Below are positions 38,611-47,021 of a stretch of 64,000 nt of DNA, piece by piece (the first letter of the stretch is position 1; the number at the start of each line of letters is the position of its first letter). The position numbers and the translations under genes are program-made. The notes under the pieces are model-generated. The model worked only from the letters and a program-made list of their open reading frames with translations. It was not told where the DNA came from and made no database searches. The DNA comes from Bacillota bacterium. Its GTDB lineage: Bacteria; Bacillota; Clostridia; DUPQ01. The stretch covers positions 118,138 through 182,137 of the forward strand of contig JAKJBR010000001.1 in the NCBI GenBank assembly GCA_022706885.1, in the 5' to 3' direction.

Positions 38611-41136
38611 ATGAAAAGAGCTATCCTGTCTTTGATTACGATAATTTTACTGTTAAGCATGTGCATTAACGCATTTGCATATTGTGAAAGTTTTGAGAGA
38701 ACCGGAAAACACATAAATGTCGCATATGTTTCCGATGTACACACTCCGCAAGGTCATCAATGCGGATATATTTGTCAGGATTGCGAGTTGATTACCGTGA
38801 CGGGATATACAACACTTTCAACATGTTGTCGGTGCACCGGTAATCATAACTACTATACACTTTCTGTCGGATCTCATACCGCTTACGGGCATTTGGTAAA
38901 ATTGAAGTGCTCAACCTGCGGATACACGACCTCCTACTATAAAAAAGATGACAGCTGCTGTGATTGTGTCGGTCATATTCGAGGTCTCATGGAAATAAAC
39001 ACGGAGCATACGCAGGGACTGGGCCATTATTACACCGTTCCCTGTAAGGAATGCGGAGCGATTATAAAAAGCGGATATACAACACTGGCGTCATGTGCTA
39101 TCTGCAATTGCAGTCATTCCTATACAACAAGCATATCCGATTATCATACGTCCGGATCGGGACATTACTATACCAAGAAATGCAGTAAATGCGGCTATGT
39201 TTGCGATTCGGGATATACAGAGAAATCCGACTGTTGCGAATGCAGAGGATACCATAATTACAGTTACAGCGTATCTCCTGCTCATACAACATACGGACAC
39301 TATGTTACACAAAGATGTTTTGACTGCGGACATAATGCCGACTATTACACGACAGTACCCACCTGCTGCTATTGCAGAGGTTATCACAATTACTCATATA
39401 CCGTATCACAGGAACACACTGTTGACGGGCATAAAAAGACCGGTACCTGTTCTGCATGCGGGCATATCACCGTATCTTATACAACACTTGCCGACTGCTG
39501 CCTGTGCAGGGGATATCATGATTTTTCCGAATGGTCGCCGGTTTCAAAAATACATGAGGAACAAGGACATCGACAGAGCAGAACCTGTAAAATTTGCAAA
39601 CAAACGGAAGACAGGTTTACTACATACAGACCGTGTTGCTTATGTCACGGACATGATATGCAGAAGACATCGAATATAGGGGAGCATACCGATTTCGGGC
39701 ATGCCGTCATATACAGATGCATAACATGTGGATATGAAGAAACAATATACGAGGACATGTTCGGCTGTTCTTTATGTTCCAATACTCCCACAAATCAGGA
39801 GGAGTTTATGCTATGGATACAATATTTAGGAATACCTGTAAAAAGTGTAAACGGTAACTATACCGTATCCTTCACAATGTACCGTGATTACGGATATATT
39901 GTTTACGGTAATCCTCAAGATGTAGTGAATAATCATTGTGTAGCAGGTGAATATCAGTTCTTGGGATATACGTTTGATGAAGACCCTTTTACCAATATAT
40001 CTTATCAGAACACCGAAATGGGTCCCGTTAATGCTAATCAGTGGATATATGCCGAAATATCCGGAGCGGTCGAATCGTGGGACAGGCTGGAGCCTTCGGT
40101 GCAAAAACCGTATATGCTGCACACAAATCTTATAGGGCACGGAGCGGTGAATTTTACCGCAAATGATATAGGTATGGCTAAGACAAGGGTGCAGAACGGC
40201 GCATCCTGGCTCAGTACCGGTTCCATCTATACCTTCAAAACCAACGGATATTATGCCACTTTCAAGGTTCCTTCAATGGGTGTTCCCGATGTAAATCTGA
40301 ATGCCGCTTTTACTGAAGAAAGGCTTACCTATTCCGCTGCCGATGTACATAAGAAAGGATATATCAATGTAAACTTCACCATAGACAAACCTCTTAAGGA
40401 AATTGACTATATAAAACTGTCGGTACAGGGAGGTAACAGCATTATTCTGCAGCCTCATGAAAGAAACGGGCAACTGGAGCTGGACATACCGATTCAGAGT
40501 GTCATGCCGGCAAGGTATAAGGTGAGGGTATTAATAGAAGTTAAGAGCATATTTAACGATGTTCATATAACAAGAGAGTATTGTTCTGTAGACCTTTATA
40601 AAGAAGAGACTCCGTATAACCCGACTGATCCCGTACAGCCGGAGGAAATAATATCCGACCTGCCGGAAGATATTCCGTATCAAGCGAATTATGATATTCA
40701 CGTTACCGACATTTCATTGACGGGTTACTGGAATATATGGCATCTGAATGAAAGATTTACCTCACTGGAAAGAGTTCGCTTAAATGTGGCGGTTGAGGGA
40801 AGAGTAACAAAACTGTCGGTCATATTCAGTGAAGAATTGAAAAACCGCACATACCGGGACAAATACGGAAACACCTATGATTATAAAGAGCTTTTAGGCA
40901 GTTATGACATGTGCCCGAATGATATATGTTATGAAGGATTATGGGAGAACGGCTACACATTGAATACGGAATATATACTTCCTCTGTGTCCCGATACCGT
41001 TGATTCTTCCGGTAACAGAATAAAGGATAAGTATTTTATAAAAATAATAGCCGAAAACGAGAATAAGGAGCACACAAAGGAATACCTGATTGATATTACC
41101 GGCAACATTTATGATTTTCTGTATGTGCAGCCATAG
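38611..41136 (+). CDS. secreted protein with eight tandem about-45-aa Cys/His-rich modules followed by about 450-aa Cys-poor C-terminal region
   Basis: 841 aa; signal peptide MKRAILSLITIILLLSMCINAFA; modules follow HT-x2-GH-x5-C-x2-CG-x6-8-YTT-x3-CC-x-C-x-G-x-H-x-Y; nucleotide repeats 38710..39800 generate spurious overlapping ORFs on other frames. Confidence 0.7.
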   Translation: MKRAILSLITIILLLSMCINAFAYCESFERTGKHINVAYVSDVHTPQGHQCGYICQDCELITVTGYTTLSTCCRCTGNHNYYTLSVGSHTAYGHLVKLKCSTCGYTTSYYKKDDSCCDCVGHIRGLMEINTEHTQGLGHYYTVPCKECGAIIKSGYTTLASCAICNCSHSYTTSISDYHTSGSGHYYTKKCSKCGYVCDSGYTEKSDCCECRGYHNYSYSVSPAHTTYGHYVTQRCFDCGHNADYYTTVPTCCYCRGYHNYSYTVSQEHTVDGHKKTGTCSACGHITVSYTTLADCCLCRGYHDFSEWSPVSKIHEEQGHRQSRTCKICKQTEDRFTTYRPCCLCHGHDMQKTSNIGEHTDFGHAVIYRCITCGYEETIYEDMFGCSLCSNTPTNQEEFMLWIQYLGIPVKSVNGNYTVSFTMYRDYGYIVYGNPQDVVNNHCVAGEYQFLGYTFDEDPFTNISYQNTEMGPVNANQWIYAEISGAVESWDRLEPSVQKPYMLHTNLIGHGAVNFTANDIGMAKTRVQNGASWLSTGSIYTFKTNGYYATFKVPSMGVPDVNLNAAFTEERLTYSAADVHKKGYINVNFTIDKPLKEIDYIKLSVQGGNSIILQPHERNGQLELDIPIQSVMPARYKVRVLIEVKSIFNDVHITREYCSVDLYKEETPYNPTDPVQPEEIISDLPEDIPYQANYDIHVTDISLTGYWNIWHLNERFTSLERVRLNVAVEGRVTKLSVIFSEELKNRTYRDKYGNTYDYKELLGSYDMCPNDICYEGLWENGYTLNTEYILPLCPDTVDSSGNRIKDKYFIKIIAENENKEHTKEYLIDITGNIYDFLYVQP

Positions 41137-41156
41137 CATATGATGATATAATTTCC

Positions 41157-41738
41157 ATGATGAATATTTGTGTATTCGCCTCGGGCGGAGGTTCCAACAT
41201 GCAGGCGGTAATAGATGCCTGTAAGAACAGGAAGATCAATGCAAAAGTAGTACTGGTTATTTCCAACAACAGTGATGCCTATGCTTTGGAGCGCGCAAAA
41301 AAGGAAAAGATAGATAATTATCATGTAAGCGAGTACAAATATAAAGAAGGTTTTATTGATAAGCTGTTGGAATTGTTGGCAAAGTATGAGATTAATCTGG
41401 TACTGCTTGCAGGCTATATGAAGAAATTGCCTAAAGAGATTGTGGAGAGATATAAAGTGCTGAATATCCATCCGGCCCTTCTTCCCAAATACGGAGGCCG
41501 GGGCATGTACGGAGAAAGAGTACATAAAGCGGTACTGGAAGCCAAAGAAAAAGAATCGGGCTGTACCGTTCATGTGGTGGATGAACACTATGATAACGGT
41601 AAGATACTAAATCAGATAAAAGTTCCCGTACTGGAAGACGATACCGTGGAGACATTGGCAAAAAGGGTATTGGAACAGGAACATATCATATATGTCGACA
41701 CCGTAAAGAAAATATTGACAAAAGAAATAGAGATATGA
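41157..41738 (+). CDS. purN: phosphoribosylglycinamide formyltransferase
   Basis: 193 aa; SGGGSN and NIHPALLP motifs. Confidence 0.85.
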   Translation: MMNICVFASGGGSNMQAVIDACKNRKINAKVVLVISNNSDAYALERAKKEKIDNYHVSEYKYKEGFIDKLLELLAKYEINLVLLAGYMKKLPKEIVERYKVLNIHPALLPKYGGRGMYGERVHKAVLEAKEKESGCTVHVVDEHYDNGKILNQIKVPVLEDDTVETLAKRVLEQEHIIYVDTVKKILTKEIEI

Positions 41739-41744
41739 GGAGAT

Positions 41745-41990
41745 ATGTACAGATATAAAACAAAAGGAACATGTTCAACCGAGATAACTTTTGAGATACA
41801 GGAAGGAAAACTGAAGGATGTGAAATTTACGGACGGATGCAGCGGGAATCTTCAGGGTATAAGCAAATTGCTTGAGGGTATGGAAGCATAGAAAGCCGTA
41901 AGCCTGTTGAAAGGCATTAAATGCGGTTATAAAGAAACATCCTGCCCCGATCAGTTGTCCATAGCGATAAGTAAGGTGTTGGAACACTGA
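41745..41990 (+). pseudogene. TSCPD-domain small protein gene interrupted by in-frame TAG at 41889..41891
   Basis: Translation MYRYKTKGTCSTEITFEIQEGKLKDVKFTDGCSGNLQGISKLLEGMEA*KAVSLLKGIKCGYKETSCPDQLSIAISKVLEH; both halves conserved (GTCS, GGC.GN.KGI, TSCPDQL). Confidence 0.55.
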
Positions 41991-41997
41991 ATCCTTT

Positions 41998-43383
41998 TTA
42001 TTTTACCATTCCCAACAGTTGTCGTACCCGTTTTTGCAGATGCTTTTCAATTGCCGTCAATCGCTCTTCCGGCCAGTTAACGGACGGATGCCTCTTGAAG
42101 GTAAAACCGATTAAACGACGCAACTGCTGTGCCTGTGCTTTTCCCGCAACTTCTCTGCAAATGTCTTCGAATGTTACATCCGGATAAGCGGGTAGACGGG
42201 TTTTAGCATATTGGTCAAGGTTTTTGATGTCTTTAGGCATAGCATAATTAAACAGTGAAAGTCCGTGGTCAAACAGAGGTGCAGGGGCAATCAATGCACC
42301 TGAATGATTATCTCTTAAGACTCCGAAATTTCCGAAGTGTCTGTCCTCATTGTAGATTACCGCGTCAAATACCAGCATGCTGTGTACCGCTTGGAGAAAA
42401 TCTTCCCCGATTGAAGAATAGTATTTTAATACCGCTTTCAAACCGCCCGATGTTACAATGCGTCCTACCGGTACAAAAGCGGTATCAATATCACAAAACA
42501 ACTTGCATTTTGAAGCTAAAATACCTTTCCAGTTCTCCAATTCATACTGCACGGCATTTAGACCCATGGTCTGTGCAATTTGGCAAGCATAATATTCACT
42601 GTAAGGCTCGTTTCCCGTATTAGCGGCACCGAATGTGCCTCCCTTATACAAGTAAATACCGTCATTATCAATAAGGCGCCATGCTTTAGGCAACATTCCG
42701 GCAGTAGTCAGCTCCGGCGAGGTTGTGAAACCTCCGTGACTTTGCTCTATACCCGTATAGGCAACCAAAGAAAGAATTTCCGAAAAACGGTTTTCATAGA
42801 GGTTATACTGAGCAAAGGAACCTTCAAAGCCCTCCGGGACTACCCAAAAACTGTCGTTAAGCGACAAGCCCTTGCAAATATCAATAATACCTTTAGTATC
42901 ACCTTGAGACAGATTTAAAGTTTTCAAGATCTCTTTCACAAAGGTACGGTTTTTAGGAATCACTCGTTTCTCCAACCATCTCAAAATGCCTTTATCAGAC
43001 AGTTCCAATCCAAGCGGGAGTAAGTGAAGTTGTTCCTTGTCAATAGAAATAATATGTGCTGTCAATCCTTCAATTCCTCTTTTCTCAAGAGAGAAAGTGA
43101 GTAATACTTTGTCAAAGAGCCGTAACTCGTAGTTGTTTTTCATATGGGAAAGTACTTTCGTTGAAGGTGCTGTCAGTTCAATTTTCAGCTCCAAAACCGA
43201 AGCCACTTGTAGTAAAAGGTCCAATGAAGGACTGTGACTTCCGCTTTCCAAGCGTGATATGGCGGAACGGTGCATACCTAAAAGTTCAGCTAACTGACTT
43301 TGTGTGAGACCTTTAGCAACCCGTGCTTTTGTAATCTGTTTGATAATATCCTGACGAAAGTCTTTAATATTATTGTCCGTCAT
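41998..43383 (-). CDS. HTH (XRE-type) - HipA-like Ser/Thr kinase fusion (HipH/YjjJ-like toxin)
   Basis: 461 aa; N-terminal HTH GLTQSQLAELLGMHRSAISRLESG; C-terminal HipA catalytic loop VIYNEDRHFGNFGVL; own promoter TTGACA-17-AATAAT at 43402..43430. Confidence 0.7.
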   Translation of the reverse strand: MTDNNIKDFRQDIIKQITKARVAKGLTQSQLAELLGMHRSAISRLESGSHSPSLDLLLQVASVLELKIELTAPSTKVLSHMKNNYELRLFDKVLLTFSLEKRGIEGLTAHIISIDKEQLHLLPLGLELSDKGILRWLEKRVIPKNRTFVKEILKTLNLSQGDTKGIIDICKGLSLNDSFWVVPEGFEGSFAQYNLYENRFSEILSLVAYTGIEQSHGGFTTSPELTTAGMLPKAWRLIDNDGIYLYKGGTFGAANTGNEPYSEYYACQIAQTMGLNAVQYELENWKGILASKCKLFCDIDTAFVPVGRIVTSGGLKAVLKYYSSIGEDFLQAVHSMLVFDAVIYNEDRHFGNFGVLRDNHSGALIAPAPLFDHGLSLFNYAMPKDIKNLDQYAKTRLPAYPDVTFEDICREVAGKAQAQQLRRLIGFTFKRHPSVNWPEERLTAIEKHLQKRVRQLLGMVK

Positions 43384-43493
43384 TAAAATGCCTCCTGCTC
43401 TATTATTGCAAAATGTAACAAATTTGTCAACAAATTACAAGAAACATTTAATAACAGTTCTACGTGGTAACAAATATGTAGACAATTATTTGA

Positions 43494-43658
43494 TTAAATT
43501 GTAAATGCTATTCCTACCTTAAAAACTTTTCGTGGTTTTTTATTATTTTCCATAAAACCAAGCACATCTGCAAGACGACAAATCTTTTCAAATGTATCTC
43601 GGACAAAACCAAGAGCATTGGCTTGTCTGTTCAGTTCTGCTTTACTAAAGTGCAGCAT
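43494..43658 (-). pseudogene. N-terminal remnant of AbiEii-type nucleotidyltransferase toxin (about 25 homologous codons then unrelated sequence)
   Basis: MLHFSKAELNRQANALGFVRDTFEKI resembles the N-terminus of AbiEii toxins as I recall them, then diverges and stops after 54 codons; start overlaps AbiEi stop by 14 nt as in intact abiEi-abiEii operons. Confidence 0.4.
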
Positions 43659-44409
43659 GATAATCTACTCCTTTATTTATCACCGTATTTATATCCTTTG
43701 GTGCCATAAGTCTCCATTCCGGATGATATACATATCCTATATGTTCCTTTGTGAGATAGCGGTCGGATTTAGGTATACGATCTGCGCAGATGCGGAAGAA
43801 AGCATCCGATAGACCGTAAGACTCGCGAAAGTGTTTCAGGATAAAACCGGTTTTTTGGTAGAGAAAACCATTTTGATATTCATTCAGAGTAAATAGCAGT
43901 TTTTCTTCATTTAGGGTAGGTATCAGATCAAGGCAGCGGAGAAGCTCCTCCAGTCCCGCAATCTTATCTACATCATTGATACTGTCGATAACCGTCTGTT
44001 CTACTCCTGTAACACGGACACCTCCTATTATTTCCGTTTGCACAGTTCCTTTAGGTGAAACACGGCGGAAAGTTATTCCATCGTATTCAAAGTCCTTGAA
44101 ACGACTGCCTGTCATAACATAAACCTCATAAAATACTTGATTTGCATACCCATATACTTCAAAGGCACTATGATGTGAAACGGACGCATCGGGAAATAGG
44201 CGGCTGCCTATTCCGTAACGCGATAAGATTGGTTGCTTGTTCTCTATGCTTATCGCAACGTAAAAGTTATGCCTGACCCGTTCTATATATCCTTTTTTCT
44301 GATATTGTTGTAATATGGTGGCTGCTGTATTATCCCCCAATTGTAAAGCCTTAGCAAGCTCACTACGGGAAAAGCAACCCATTTCTACCATATTCTCATA
44401 GTATTTCAA
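43645..44409 (-). CDS. AbiEi-type antitoxin/transcriptional regulator (type IV TA, winged HTH)
   Basis: 254 aa; N-terminal GCFSRSELAKAL...KKGYIERVRHNFY wHTH pattern typical of AbiEi. Confidence 0.55.
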   Translation of the reverse strand: MKYYENMVEMGCFSRSELAKALQLGDNTAATILQQYQKKGYIERVRHNFYVAISIENKQPILSRYGIGSRLFPDASVSHHSAFEVYGYANQVFYEVYVMTGSRFKDFEYDGITFRRVSPKGTVQTEIIGGVRVTGVEQTVIDSINDVDKIAGLEELLRCLDLIPTLNEEKLLFTLNEYQNGFLYQKTGFILKHFRESYGLSDAFFRICADRIPKSDRYLTKEHIGYVYHPEWRLMAPKDINTVINKGVDYHAAL

Positions 44410-44518
44410 AAGAATATACCTCCTGTATTTTTAATTATTGCACAAAAAGACTTAAACAGCAATATAGTTGTGCAATTATTAAAAAGGGGAGGAAATAAAA
44501 AAAGCGGTAATTTTGCCG

Positions 44519-45058
44519 CTATTCTATAACCGTTAAAACATCTTCCAAGGATTTTCTTTTCTTCGGACGGAGTTTGTCCGAGTCGTCTTTATAGCCTACC
44601 GCTATAACCAGCCTTATCCTGTCGGACTTTTTAATATTCAGCAGTTCTTTAATGCCGTTTTCATTAAACCAACCTATTATACAGGTGGATAATCCCAAAG
44701 CTTCAGCCTGCAATACAAAATGTGCCACGGATATCCCTATATCCATTGAGGAAAAATCCTGATCCTTTAATCGCTCTCCCATAGATGCCATTGCATTGGT
44801 AGGTTTTTCGGTAATAACCGCAAAAGCGGGTGTTTTGGTTGTAAATCTGTTGGCGCCGGCGGACTGTAAATGCCTTACCAGTTTAGTTACTGTTTCACTC
44901 TCGGTAATAAGGGTATAATGCCACGGCTGACCGTTACATGCCGAAGGTGCTATGGCCGCAGACTTTATGCACTGCATAAGTTTTTCTTTTTCAACTGGTC
45001 TGTCCGAATAGTTTCTGCAACTCTGTCTTTTTGATGCCAATTCGTAAAAATTATCCAT
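44519..45058 (-). CDS. nitroreductase-family protein
   Basis: ORF 44519..45073 trimmed to ATG 45058; KRQSCRNY, APSACNGQPW motifs. Confidence 0.75.
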   Translation of the reverse strand: MDNFYELASKRQSCRNYSDRPVEKEKLMQCIKSAAIAPSACNGQPWHYTLITESETVTKLVRHLQSAGANRFTTKTPAFAVITEKPTNAMASMGERLKDQDFSSMDIGISVAHFVLQAEALGLSTCIIGWFNENGIKELLNIKKSDRIRLVIAVGYKDDSDKLRPKKRKSLEDVLTVIE

Positions 45059-46691
45059 TATAAGCCTCCTCAATCATACTTTCTTCCCAGGTTTCGGGGG
45101 CCACATATCCTAAAAGATTGACAACCGTAGCCGCCACATTGGCCAATCCGAAATCGCCTTCTTTCAGTGCATAACCCTTGTCTTTTCTGTTGTCATAGAT
45201 AATGAACGGAACTTTGTTAAGAGTATGACTGGTTTTGGGCACCGGTTTTCCCGTTTTTCTGTCTATTGATATGATGCCTTTCTTTGTCTCGTACATCTCC
45301 TCGGCGTTTCCGTGGTCTGCCGTTATTATGGCTACTCCGTTCAATCGGTCCACAACCGGCAACATTCTTGCCAGACAAAGGTCTACCGATTCCACACCTA
45401 TTACAGCCGCATCGAAACTGCCCGTGTGACCTACCATATCCCCGTTGGGGAAATTCATTCTCAGGAACTTATATTCTCCGCTTTTCAACGCTTCCAGAAG
45501 CTTATCGGTTATAAGGGCGCATTGCATCCAGGGACGTTGCTCAAACGGTATCTTATCCGAAGGTATTTCAACATATGTCTCACCTTCAAATTTGGCGGAA
45601 TTGTTTCCGTTCCAGAAATATGTGACATGTCCGAATTTCTGTGTTTCGGATATTGCGAACTGTTTAATTCCTTTTTTGGAGAGATTTTCTCCCAATGTGT
45701 TTTTTATATCCGGAGGGCTGACCAAATAGTTCTTGGGTATATGAAGGTCTCCGTCATATTCCAGCATACCCGCATAAATGACATTCGGTACTCTTACTCT
45801 GTCGAATTTGTCAAAGTTCTTTTCTTCAAATGCTCTGCTTATTTCAATAGCCCTGTCTCCGCGGAAGTTGTAGAATATAACACTGTCGTTATCTTCTATT
45901 GTTCCCACCGGTTTATTGTCTTTTGTTATTACAAATCCCGGAAGAAACTGATCCACCACATCGGTTTCCGCCCTGTATGTCTCTATAGCTTCCTTGGCGG
46001 AGGAAAATGCGCGTCCTTTTCCCAATACATGAATTTCCCAGCCTTTTCTTACCATATCCCAGTCGGCTTCATATCTGTCCATGGTAATATTCATTCTGCC
46101 GCCGCCGCTTGCAATTTCAACATCAAAACTTTTACAGCGCAAAGTATCAAGATACTCTTCAAAAGGCTCCACATATTCCAGGGCCGATGTTTCTCCGACA
46201 TCTCTTCCGTCCAATAATATATGCACACGCGCTTTTTTAACTCCTTCGGCTTTTGCCTGTTCCAACATTGCTTTAAGATGAGCTATATTGGAATGAACAT
46301 TGCCGTCGGAAAACAACCCTATAAAATGTATTGTAGAATTATGCTTTATGCAATTGTCTTTAAGTTTAAGCCAGGTTTTCCCGCTGAAAATGGTTTTCTT
46401 TTCTATGGCTTCAAAAACCAGTTTTGCTCCCTGACTGTAAATCTGTCCGGAACCCAATGCGTTATGACCTACTTCCGAGTTGCCCATATCCTCATCACCC
46501 GGTAATCCTACCGCAACACCGTGAGCCTTTATGGTCGTATGCGGATATTTGTCCATCAACATCCTCAATGTAGGAGCATTTGCAGCCGCTACGGCATTTC
46601 CTTCTTTTTTATCCGATAACCCCACTCCGTCCATTACGATAAGAAGAAGCGGTCCTTGTATTTCTTTGAATTCAGAGCTTTTTTTAAGCAT
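45051..46691 (-). CDS. gpmI: 2,3-bisphosphoglycerate-independent phosphoglycerate mutase
   Basis: 546 aa; LLLIVMDGVGL, NSEVGHNALG, alkaline-phosphatase-like core. Confidence 0.9.
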   Translation of the reverse strand: MLKKSSEFKEIQGPLLLIVMDGVGLSDKKEGNAVAAANAPTLRMLMDKYPHTTIKAHGVAVGLPGDEDMGNSEVGHNALGSGQIYSQGAKLVFEAIEKKTIFSGKTWLKLKDNCIKHNSTIHFIGLFSDGNVHSNIAHLKAMLEQAKAEGVKKARVHILLDGRDVGETSALEYVEPFEEYLDTLRCKSFDVEIASGGGRMNITMDRYEADWDMVRKGWEIHVLGKGRAFSSAKEAIETYRAETDVVDQFLPGFVITKDNKPVGTIEDNDSVIFYNFRGDRAIEISRAFEEKNFDKFDRVRVPNVIYAGMLEYDGDLHIPKNYLVSPPDIKNTLGENLSKKGIKQFAISETQKFGHVTYFWNGNNSAKFEGETYVEIPSDKIPFEQRPWMQCALITDKLLEALKSGEYKFLRMNFPNGDMVGHTGSFDAAVIGVESVDLCLARMLPVVDRLNGVAIITADHGNAEEMYETKKGIISIDRKTGKPVPKTSHTLNKVPFIIYDNRKDKGYALKEGDFGLANVAATVVNLLGYVAPETWEESMIEEAYNG

Positions 46692-46819
46692 ATTCTATCC
46701 CTTTCCGTAGTACTTCCGTACCTCTTTAAAATTATATCATACCGCAATATGCCAATCAATTACGGCTGTTGGATATAATATAGAAGGAATATACAATGTT
46801 TTATTAACAAATATATCTC

Positions 46820-46845
46820 CAATTGTGAACAATTGTGAACAATTT
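46820..46845. promoter_or_regulatory. perfect tandem direct repeat CAATTGTGAA x2 (plus CAATTT) upstream of candidate promoter for paralog cluster
   Basis: read directly; promoter candidate TTAACA-16-TGtTAGAAT at 46857..46884. Confidence 0.4.
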
Positions 46846-47021
46846 AAGTAATTTATTTAACAGTTCTCTGTTTTATGTTAGAATGAACCGTGTGTAGCAG
46901 CAGTATTAATAAAAAATATATATAGAAGAAGAAAAAGAAACAGAGTATTGTTTGGATAGTTAAGTCTTGAAGATACAGTATATATGCAATTTTATTGTAT
47001 TTAAATCGGAGGTCTGACAGA

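Noticed and set aside
39091-39679. ORFs on alternative frames/strands (39091..39387 minus, 39095..39679 plus) within the Cys-rich repeat region
   Set aside because: Generated by the nucleotide-level tandem repeats. The main frame has a signal peptide and a consistent module structure.
41889-41891. Pyrrolysine or programmed read-through at the in-frame TAG of the TSCPD gene
   Set aside because: No pyl cassette or methylamine methyltransferase context in the window. The homologous position is normally an ordinary residue. A nonsense mutation or sequencing error is more likely.
45312-46217. 301-aa plus-strand ORF across gpmI
   Set aside because: Antisense to a highly conserved gpmI.
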